46,602 nt of DNA, from the IMG/VR virus record IMGVR_UViG_2724679140_000012. One strand, 5' to 3'. The notes beneath the pieces are model-generated. The model saw only the letters and a list, made by a program, of their open reading frames with translations, was not told the origin of the DNA and made no database searches. Below, in pieces: positions 8,624-14,921 of this stretch; position 1 is the first letter of the stretch, and each line of letters starts with the position of its first letter. Origin of the DNA: a virus. Its lineage: Duplodnaviria > Heunggongvirae > Uroviricota > Caudoviricetes. The position numbers and the translations under genes are program-made.

Positions 8624-9300
8624 GCGGCGTTTTCCTTAATTTGATGAACATTATTGATGCCGTAGTAATCACAAACAGTGGCATCGACGAAAGAGAGATC
8701 GTTATCAATCTCATTGGAATCAAACATTCCCATTGGGGATTTAACAGTGTCTGCACCGTTGTTTTTCGTGGTGAAAAAGAACTGGTCATCGCGGGTAAGA
8801 GTGCGAAGAACTATAGTAAACATGCCTTCGACAGTGATTTTCTCGTCCAGCATTTTGCCGATAGTTTTCATTTTCACGCGCCCCATAGGGGTTTCTTCGG
8901 TGTGCGCAAGAAAATAGACTCTCAGGTCATCAGGTGCATCCTGTGCAGCCTTAATCACCTCCCATGCGTGGCGGCCTATCTCAGTAAATTTATCAAACGA
9001 TTTTTCTTCTGAGCGGCGCATAAACTCATTGCTCATCACATACTGGAAGTCATCAACAATAACGATTCTTTTCCCGTATTCGTGAGCACGCTTAATTACG
9101 GCAACTATTACGTCCCATTTGTCAGTGGTAACTACGGTTCCTTTTTTTGCTCTGGCATCCCATGCCAGCCAGTCTTTTGATTTAAATGGAAGCGGCTTGC
9201 CTATTGGTTTTATAAGTATTGCTTCCTCTGGATTGATATTTCTCATGCTGGTTGATTTTCCGGTGCCAGACTCACCGAGTATTAATGTCGCAGTTCCCAT
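8620..9300 (-). CDS. Sak4-like RecA-fold ATPase (single-strand annealing recombinase), 226 aa
   Basis: Walker A GESGTGKST near N-terminus and Walker-B-like hydrophobic stretch ending in DD; occupies the recombination slot where Red genes sit in lambda. Confidence 0.7.
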   Translation of the reverse strand: MGTATLILGESGTGKSTSMRNINPEEAILIKPIGKPLPFKSKDWLAWDARAKKGTVVTTDKWDVIVAVIKRAHEYGKRIVIVDDFQYVMSNEFMRRSEEKSFDKFTEIGRHAWEVIKAAQDAPDDLRVYFLAHTEETPMGRVKMKTIGKMLDEKITVEGMFTIVLRTLTRDDQFFFTTKNNGADTVKSPMGMFDSNEIDNDLSFVDATVCDYYGINNVHQIKENAA

Positions 9301-9308
9301 AATTTGCC

Positions 9309-9497
9309 TCAGAATGGTAATTTGGATGGGGAGGAAAGAAACTCGCGCTCATTCATGCGCTCTCTTTGTGCCTGCCATAAACAAAGTTGTTTCTTTGATT
9401 TATCTCCCGCTTTACGCCAGTAACGAGCCTCAGCAATGTGATATTCTCTTTTTAATCGACTTAACTCTGGAGTTTTCGCCAGTTCTACCGGAATCAT
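9309..9497 (-). CDS. Hypothetical small protein, 62 aa
   Basis: ATG at 9497-9495 with GGAGG 7 nt upstream, overlapping the kil stop (ATGA). Confidence 0.5.
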   Translation of the reverse strand: MIPVELAKTPELSRLKREYHIAEARYWRKAGDKSKKQLCLWQAQRERMNEREFLSSPSKLPF

Positions 9498-9607
9498 TTT
9501 GACCTCCATTTCCTATAGGCTTCGACGGCCTCACGAAACATCTTTTCATCGCCAATAAAAGTGGCGATAGTGAATTTAGTCTGGATAGCCATAAGTGTTT
9601 TATCCAT
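9494..9607 (-). CDS. kil: Kil-like host cell-division inhibitor, 37 aa
   Basis: MDKTLMAIQTKFTIATFIGDEKMFREAVEAYRKW closely resembles lambda Kil as I recall it; ATG at 9607-9605 with AGGAG 9 nt upstream. Confidence 0.75.
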   Translation of the reverse strand: MDKTLMAIQTKFTIATFIGDEKMFREAVEAYRKWRSK

Positions 9608-9803
9608 TTTTGGGAACTCCTGGCTGATTAAGTATGTCGATAAGGCGTTTCCATCCGTCACGTAATTTACGGGTGATTCGTTCAAGTAAAGATTCGGAAG
9701 GGCAGCCAGCAACAGGCCACCCTGCAATGGCATATTGCATGGTGTGCTCCTTATTTATACATAACGAAAAACGCCTCTAGTGAAGCGTTATTGGTATGCA
9801 TAT

Positions 9804-9827
9804 AAAAAAGCCCTCACATTGGAGGGC
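9804..9827 (-). terminator. Intrinsic terminator (tL-like) between early-left genes
   Basis: Minus-strand hairpin GCCCUC-loop-GAGGGC followed by a 6-U run. Confidence 0.6.
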
Positions 9828-9961
9828 AAAGAAGATTTCCAATAATCAGAACAAGTCGGCTCCTGTTTAGTTACGAGCGACATTGCTCCGTGTATTCACT
9901 CGTTGGAATGAATACACAGTGCAGTGTTTATTCTGTTGTTTATGCCAAAAATAAAGGACGA

Positions 9962-10585
9962 TTATGCGACCTCGGAAGGAAGTCCAATCATCTTATTCAA
10001 ATCTTCTACCCGTAAAGCAGGAAGTGCTGCACTTGCTTTATCTGCTTCTTTTGGTAGCAACTCTTTGCTTTCAGGCCAGACCTCAATAAGTCGCTTAACT
10101 GTTGTGACTGAGTTCAAAGCAGCCCATACATTTGATTCGATATCCTTTTTCCTGGCTTCAAGTTTTTGTTGCAATGCGCAGATTTCATCAAACCTTTTTG
10201 TTATTTTGTGTTCTGCGTCAAACATGCATTTATCTTGGTCGGGGGTAGGGAGCAATATATCTTCACCGTTGCCGTCTTTTCCGTATGAATGCCAGCCAAC
10301 CCTTCTTCCTGATACAGTCAGATAAATCGAACTTGAACGGGCATCGCATGAGTAAAATGAACATCCCAGCTTTTCAAGTTCTTCGCTTATAGCCATTAAC
10401 TTGGATGCCAGCTGGTCCACTTCCTCAGTTTTCTTTTTCCCGCCAAACGCAACAACTCTGGCATCAAGTGCAAGCTGGTTCTTTAACTTTGTTACTTCTT
10501 CAAGTTCAGTGAATACCCCGGACTTAATTAAAGCGTTGCGTGCTATTACTTCTTTTATTGTCGTAGTTAAGCGGATTGATGACAT
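9962..10585 (-). CDS. Hypothetical protein, 207 aa
   Basis: ATG at 10585-10583 with GAGAGGA upstream; the track's longer ORF has an N-terminal extension without RBS. Confidence 0.7.
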   Translation of the reverse strand: MSSIRLTTTIKEVIARNALIKSGVFTELEEVTKLKNQLALDARVVAFGGKKKTEEVDQLASKLMAISEELEKLGCSFYSCDARSSSIYLTVSGRRVGWHSYGKDGNGEDILLPTPDQDKCMFDAEHKITKRFDEICALQQKLEARKKDIESNVWAALNSVTTVKRLIEVWPESKELLPKEADKASAALPALRVEDLNKMIGLPSEVA

Positions 10586-10721
10586 ATTAATTCCTCTCAA
10601 ATAAGTGGTTTGCTGCCTAATTTCATTTTCTGGCGACCAACACAAGTCACACCCATTTCACTGCGTGGCTTGCGGTAGTAAATACGGTTATTTATGTCAT
10701 TAAAAACCAGCATGAGCGTGG

Positions 10722-10988
10722 TTATTTTTTCTTTCCAAGAGATGGAAGCCCTCCAGAATAATCTGGACCACTTGAACGATGCATTTGATACAATATTGCG
10801 TTTTTGTTGGCGTTTAGTGGCTTTGTTGCGAAAGAAATTTTTTCTCGTTTTACATCTCTTATCATCATCAACTCACGTTCTGATGCTTTTGGATGATAAT
10901 CATTGATATGCTTCCATGCTGCCTTGGCGCTGAATTTTCTTCCACATAAAGGGAAATAGCATTTATATGCTACTTGTTTGCTAGTCAT
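10722..10988 (-). CDS. Hypothetical small protein with C2H2-like Cys/His motif, 88 aa
   Basis: ATG 2 nt after the N stop; motif C-x4-C-x11-H-x4-H (CYFPLCGRKFSAKAAWKHINDYH). Confidence 0.6.
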   Translation of the reverse strand: MTSKQVAYKCYFPLCGRKFSAKAAWKHINDYHPKASERELMMIRDVKREKISFATKPLNANKNAILYQMHRSSGPDYSGGLPSLGKKK

Positions 10989-10990
10989 TT

Positions 10991-11299
10991 CTATCTCGCC
11001 GTAATTGATTTCATTGACCTGTAACCAGCAGCATACAGTGCAACTTCAGGCAAACAAACGCTTCCGCCATTCGCATCTGTATTTGATTTACTGATGATGC
11101 CGAGTGATATTGCTTTTTCAGAAAGACTTAAACGCTTTCTCGGTTCTTCCTGAACAGCTTCCTCACTGTCTGTGCCGAAGATCGAATCGATGATGTTGCA
11201 GATGGAATCACGCTCGATAGCCAGCTTTCTGCGCCGCTCATGACGGCGAGTTTTGGCATTTCCTGCAAATGTTGATTTTCCGTACACGATTACCGTCAT
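10991..11299 (-). CDS. N: N-type transcription antiterminator, P22 gene-24-like
   Basis: N-terminal arginine-rich motif GNAKTRRHERRRKLAIERD matches the P22 N ARM peptide; ATG at 11299-11297 with GAGGAA 6 nt upstream; matching boxB upstream. Confidence 0.9.
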   Translation of the reverse strand: MTVIVYGKSTFAGNAKTRRHERRRKLAIERDSICNIIDSIFGTDSEEAVQEEPRKRLSLSEKAISLGIISKSNTDANGGSVCLPEVALYAAGYRSMKSITAR

Positions 11300-11418
11300 G
11301 ATGTTTTCCTCATGTGAAATGGCTTTGGTGGTGATGCGCCAGGTGCTGATCTTCTGGTTGCTGTCGTTGCAGCTGCAATTCACATCACCGCCAAACCCAT
11401 CTCGTTTGGTATCTGTTT

Positions 11419-11454
11419 GCGCTTTGTCAGCGCCCCATCGAAGTTAAAGAGCCT
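11419..11454 (-). promoter_or_regulatory. nutL: boxB hairpin (RNA GCGCUGACAAAGCGC, 11433-11419) preceded by boxA-like GCUCUUUAA (11452-11444)
   Basis: Minus-strand boxB matches the P22 boxB sequence as I recall it; boxA matches the CGCUCUUUAA consensus; lies between pL and N. Confidence 0.8.
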
Positions 11455-11479
11455 GCCAATCTGTTCCGTTTGGCTTCCA

Positions 11480-11700
11480 GCTTCCTGCTGATGGCGATAA
11501 TAATGAACCAATAGTTCGACATTATCAAGAACTATTGGTACGAAAATTTTGTGATTTATTAACTCTACGAAATATGATTTTGATATATAAGGAAATTTAT
11601 TTTTGTAAATGTTGCGGATGAAGGTTATGCGGCAGGGATCAGAATTTCGTGGTTTAGCAAGTTGTATCTATCAATTTTTCAATAAATACAATTGGTTGTG
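11480..11700 (-). promoter_or_regulatory. pL/oL region (exact promoter and operator positions not resolved)
   Basis: AT-rich intergenic region upstream of nutL and N; candidate -35 TTTACA / -10 TATATC on the minus strand; GTACGAAA-type motifs shared with oR. Confidence 0.4.
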
Positions 11701-11727
11701 TGTTTTTAGGTGGGGCGATCGTGAGGC

Positions 11728-11753
11728 AAAGAAAACCCGGCACTGAGGCCGGG
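11728..11753 (-). terminator. Intrinsic terminator ending the cI-side cassette before pL
   Basis: Minus-strand hairpin CCCGGCCUCAGUGCCGGG followed by UUUUCUUU. Confidence 0.65.
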
Positions 11754-11764
11754 TTATGTAGGCA

Positions 11765-11866
11765 TTATGCGGCTTTTTTGGTGTGTGCTGACGAGCGAGC
11801 CAGAATCTCGTTAATGAGAGATCTCAGGGTCATTGCATCTTTGTGCAGAGTGGACATGGTTTTCAT
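11765..11866 (-). CDS. Possible 33-aa peptide (MKTMSTLHKDAMTLRSLINEILARSSAHTKKAA)
   Basis: ATG at 11866-11864 with GAGGAA 5-6 nt upstream; TAA at 11767-11765; terminator immediately downstream. Confidence 0.45.
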   Translation of the reverse strand: MKTMSTLHKDAMTLRSLINEILARSSAHTKKAA

Positions 11867-11935
11867 TGCGTTTCCTCGGTTTATTTTATGGTACTAGCCT
11901 AGTTCAAATAGACTATATGAAATCTTGATTTACTA

Positions 11936-12316
11936 TTAAGGCCATTGGGTTGGTGGAAGATCGTGGGTTTTTATCTGCGTATTTGCTTCCACACATTTAT
12001 CATAGTCTAATTTCTCTACAGCAAGCAATAGTGATTCAGCATACATCAATCCTTGTTTGATGTTCATAACATTTATGCTTGCACTTGCGGCATCCATATC
12101 CTTTGCTGTCTCTACCATGTGCTCAAAGCTTTGAGCAATAGAGTCAACACCGTTTTTCATCCTTGTAAACACTAATTTTAGCTCATCAAGGCTTGGATTC
12201 GTTAGATCATACATCCCATGCATTCCATGTGCTTCGAATAACTCTGACAACGATCTAAGGGCGAAGTTCACAGAATCAATAACTTGGTCGTACTTTTTCT
12301 TATCAAGATCATTCAT
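11936..12316 (-). CDS. Hypothetical protein in the rexAB-equivalent slot, 126 aa
   Basis: AT-rich ORF between cI and pL, same orientation as cI; no TM segments; no resemblance to RexA/RexB/Nun that I can recognise. Confidence 0.75.
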   Translation of the reverse strand: MNDLDKKKYDQVIDSVNFALRSLSELFEAHGMHGMYDLTNPSLDELKLVFTRMKNGVDSIAQSFEHMVETAKDMDAASASINVMNIKQGLMYAESLLLAVEKLDYDKCVEANTQIKTHDLPPTQWP

Positions 12317-12433
12317 TAAAAATATAACCTTTTAACTATTTGATATTGCTGCATTTATATCAATATATGCATTTCACATATATCACCAAAACGTCTCTTC
12401 AGGCCACTGGTTACCAGCTATGTGACGATGAAG

Positions 12434-13141
12434 TCACGAATTTTTCAGCCACTCCCTTGCCTCGATGTCATCCAGATGACGAGATTGCTTCAGAATACCA
12501 GCCACATACTCCACCTTTGCTACTTGATGATAAGGCAACGTTATTGGCCTGTGGTCTTGGTTGATGCTTGTAAACTGGTATTCTCCATCTCTGTCATAGC
12601 CAAGAATCTTGATCATGTTGTGTCCTTCGATGGTTCTGACAAACACCTCATCACCCGGGAAGACTTTGGTGTTAGGCTCAATGAGTACATATTCTCCTGA
12701 TTTTATTCTGGGCCACATGCTGTCTCCTTTCACACGAAGACCAAAGGCATCAGGATCATCGCTATAAATTTTGAGCCACCCATCGCGCTCTTCGGTCATC
12801 TCGATGGCACCATCAACACCAAGAATTGCCTCACCAACCACGCGCACTAACCCTTTTTTTAATTTGCCAACAAATGAAAGAGTATCTTCATCATTCGCTC
12901 CATTTAACGAAGTGCCGTGCTGAAGCCAAACAACATCAACGTTTAGAAATTTCGCAAGCGCATTCATTTTTTCCTGACGCGGTAAAGACTCAGCATTAAA
13001 CCATTTGCTAACGCCTTTGGACGAAAGAGAAAGGGCACGGGCTATGGCCATCCCCCTACCATGTTCATCAAGACCAGCTTCTTTACAGGCTTGCGCTAGC
13101 CGCTGGGCGAATTCTTTGCGCACTTTTTCATTCTGAACCAT
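12434..13141 (-). CDS. cI: CI-type prophage repressor (HTH + S24 LexA-like peptidase domain), 235 aa
   Basis: C-terminal GDSMWPRIKSGEYVLIEP autocleavage-domain motif; N-terminal HTH; divergent from cro across an operator region. Confidence 0.9.
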   Translation of the reverse strand: MVQNEKVRKEFAQRLAQACKEAGLDEHGRGMAIARALSLSSKGVSKWFNAESLPRQEKMNALAKFLNVDVVWLQHGTSLNGANDEDTLSFVGKLKKGLVRVVGEAILGVDGAIEMTEERDGWLKIYSDDPDAFGLRVKGDSMWPRIKSGEYVLIEPNTKVFPGDEVFVRTIEGHNMIKILGYDRDGEYQFTSINQDHRPITLPYHQVAKVEYVAGILKQSRHLDDIEAREWLKNS

Positions 13142-13219
13142 GAGTACGATACTAAAGCACTTGCAAAAACTTTCAGTTCAACCATAATGCGTACTGAAAG
13201 TACGAAAAAGGATATTCCT
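13142..13219. promoter_or_regulatory. oR / pR / pRM region
   Basis: pR candidate -35 TTGCAA (13161-13166), 16-bp spacer, -10 CATAAT (13183-13188); inverted repeats ACTTTCAGT / ACTGAAAGT and repeated GTACGA motifs as operator candidates; cI appears leaderless. Confidence 0.65.
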
Positions 13220-13447
13220 ATGCAAAATCTTGATGAGCCGATTAAAGGTGTCGGCATCCCTGAAGTTGCGAAGGCTTGTGGAGTTAGCGAAAGGGCTGTC
13301 TATAAGTGGCTCAAAAACGGCTTCCTCCCTAAGACTGAGTTTTTTGGGAAAACTAAATACGCATCAAAAATCGAAGAGATTTCTGGTGGCAAATATCAAG
13401 CAAGCGAAATGCTTGAAATAAGCAAAAAGAACCTTCTGGCTGCATAA
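13220..13447 (+). CDS. cro: Cro-like repressor, 75 aa
   Basis: ATG at 13220 with AAAGGA upstream; HTH motif VAKACGVSERAVYKWLKNG; divergent from cI. Confidence 0.85.
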   Translation: MQNLDEPIKGVGIPEVAKACGVSERAVYKWLKNGFLPKTEFFGKTKYASKIEEISGGKYQASEMLEISKKNLLAA

Positions 13448-13454
13448 GTAACAC

Positions 13455-13489
13455 CGCTCTTTATCAATCTGCACCGCCGACAACGCGGT
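13455..13489 (+). promoter_or_regulatory. nutR candidate: boxA CGCTCTTTATCAA plus boxB-like hairpin with GACAA loop
   Basis: boxA at 13455-13467; imperfect stem around CGACAAC at 13473-13489; just downstream of cro. Confidence 0.5.
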
Positions 13490-13501
13490 AACTAATTAAG
13501 C

Positions 13502-13533
13502 ACTCATCGAAAGATGAGTATTAGTGATTATTT
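13502..13533 (+). terminator. Hairpin ACTCATC-GAAA-GATGAGT followed by U-rich tract (tR1-like candidate)
   Basis: Perfect 7-bp stem with GAAA tetraloop at 13502-13519 followed by ATTAGTGATTATTT. Confidence 0.4.
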
Positions 13534-13553
13534 ACCTATGGAAATAGTAAGAA

Positions 13554-13850
13554 ATGGAACAAACAAGTTACAGCAAACTATCACAGCGCGACGTTGATCG
13601 CGCAGAAACAGATTTACTCATCAACCTGTCAACGCTTACCCAGCGCGGTCTGGCAAAGATGATTGGCTGTCATGAATCGAAGATAAGCAGAACGGACTGG
13701 AGATTTATTGCTTCGGTCTTGTGTGCTTTCGGAATGGCATCAGACATCAGTCCGATTAGCAGGGCTTTTAAGTATGCGCTTGATGAAATCACAAAGAAAA
13801 AATCCCCGGCCGCCACCGAGGATTTTAAGCAAATTGATATGCAATTCTGA
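13554..13850 (+). CDS. cII: CII-like transcriptional activator, 98 aa
   Basis: HTH (LAKMIGCHESKISR) and C-terminus KKKSPAATEDFKQIDMQF parallel lambda CII KKRPAATERSEQIQMEF. Confidence 0.85.
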   Translation: MEQTSYSKLSQRDVDRAETDLLINLSTLTQRGLAKMIGCHESKISRTDWRFIASVLCAFGMASDISPISRAFKYALDEITKKKSPAATEDFKQIDMQF

Positions 13851-13882
13851 GGGAATTACTGGATCAATCCACAGGAGTAATT

Positions 13883-14044
13883 ATGACAAAACGTCGTAAG
13901 AAATACCAGGAAAAAGAAGAGATTCGACACCCTGATTCACCTGAGGGATTAGTGGTAGCCGCAGCAAATAACAGGACGTTCGCAGAGCGCCTTGTTGGTG
14001 TTTACAGACTAGCCAAAGCAGGAGTGAAACATGGGTGTCGTTAA
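13883..14044 (+). CDS. Possible small protein, 53 aa (MTKRRKKYQEKEEIRHPDSPEG...)
   Basis: ATG at 13883 with CAGGAG upstream; overlaps the 14031 start of the O-like ORF. Confidence 0.4.
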   Translation: MTKRRKKYQEKEEIRHPDSPEGLVVAAANNRTFAERLVGVYRLAKAGVKHGCR

Positions 14045-14921
14045 GTTAGCTGATTACAGGCATAACCCTGTACAACATCAGGAGGCATCCAGTATGGGGT
14101 ATGTCTCTATACACCGCCAGTTTATGGACAGCAGGCTCTATAAGGACTCTCAGGCAGTACATCTTTGGCTTCACTTAATCCTCAAGGCTAATCACGAATC
14201 TACTGTCGTCAATACGGATATCGGGCCGATAACTGTTGATCGCGGTCAGATGATAACTGGACGCCCGTCGCTGGTCAGAGAAACATTCATCCCAGACAAC
14301 AAAGTTCGGAGCTTATTACGGACTTTTGAGTCGAAAGGGATGCTTAATATTTGCTCGATGGGGAAGAAATTTAGCCTGTTTACAATCGTTAAATATGACG
14401 ATTTTCAGGCAAAAAATTGTCCAACGGTTGTCCAACGGTTGTCCAACGCAAACACCAGTAATGGCGCGGCTCTCAGCGGAGATTGTCCAACGGTTGTCCA
14501 ACGGTTGTCCATAAACAATAATATAAATAATATCTCTAATACTGACGTATTAGAGAGTACCGCAGCAGACAAAAAGTCTGACAAGAAAAAACCTTCCGTT
14601 AGCTGTCAGGATGTTGTCGATGCTTACCACGAAATCCTTCCTGAAGCGCCAAAAATCCGCGCACTGAATGACAAGCGTAAAAACCAGATCCGAACGTTCT
14701 GGCGCAAAGCCGGAGTGATAACCCGCCAGCTTGACGGGCATGGGTTCACGATGCAGGACTGGAGAAATTATTTGAGCTACGTAGGCGAAAATTGCCGATG
14801 GATGTTCGAAGAGCGTCCAAACCATCAACGCGGAACCGTCTGGCACAAAAAGGGATTTGATTTCCTGCTTAACGACAATACCTACCTGAAAGTTCGTGAG
14901 GGTGAACACGATGACCGATAA
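14031..14921 (+). CDS. Replication initiator, lambda O / P22 gene-18-like (alternative start at 14094)
   Basis: Contains the origin iterons inside the coding sequence (encoding repeated CPTVVQRLS peptide), as in lambda O; both candidate starts have Shine-Dalgarno sequences. Confidence 0.85.
   Translation: MGVVKLADYRHNPVQHQEASSMGYVSIHRQFMDSRLYKDSQAVHLWLHLILKANHESTVVNTDIGPITVDRGQMITGRPSLVRETFIPDNKVRSLLRTFESKGMLNICSMGKKFSLFTIVKYDDFQAKNCPTVVQRLSNANTSNGAALSGDCPTVVQRLSINNNINNISNTDVLESTAADKKSDKKKPSVSCQDVVDAYHEILPEAPKIRALNDKRKNQIRTFWRKAGVITRQLDGHGFTMQDWRNYLSYVGENCRWMFEERPNHQRGTVWHKKGFDFLLNDNTYLKVREGEHDDR
14417..14556. repeat. Replication origin: two blocks of three TTGTCCAACGG iterons followed by an AT-rich region
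   Basis: Direct repeats at 14417-14449 and 14482-14512, then AAACAATAATATAAATAATATCTCTAATA. Confidence 0.85.

Noticed and set aside
9309-9509. Calling ORF 9309..9497 cIII or gam because of its position near kil
   Set aside because: No resemblance to lambda CIII or Gam that I can recognise; left as hypothetical
11700-11897. Plus-strand ORF 11700..11897 in the pL-proximal region
   Set aside because: Overlaps the minus-strand terminator and 33-aa ORF; no RBS; wrong strand for the immunity-region operon
11936-12316. Calling the 126-aa cI-adjacent protein RexB, Nun or SieB
   Set aside because: No TM segments (RexB, SieB) and no arginine-rich motif or Nun-like C-terminus; position alone does not justify the name
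14316-14514. ORFs 14316..14501 (minus) and 14326..14514 (plus), and the idea that the tandem repeats there are a CRISPR array
   Set aside because: The repeats are contiguous 11-bp iterons with no spacers, inside the O-like gene, so they are origin iterons rather than CRISPR; the overlapping ORFs are frame artefacts of the repeats
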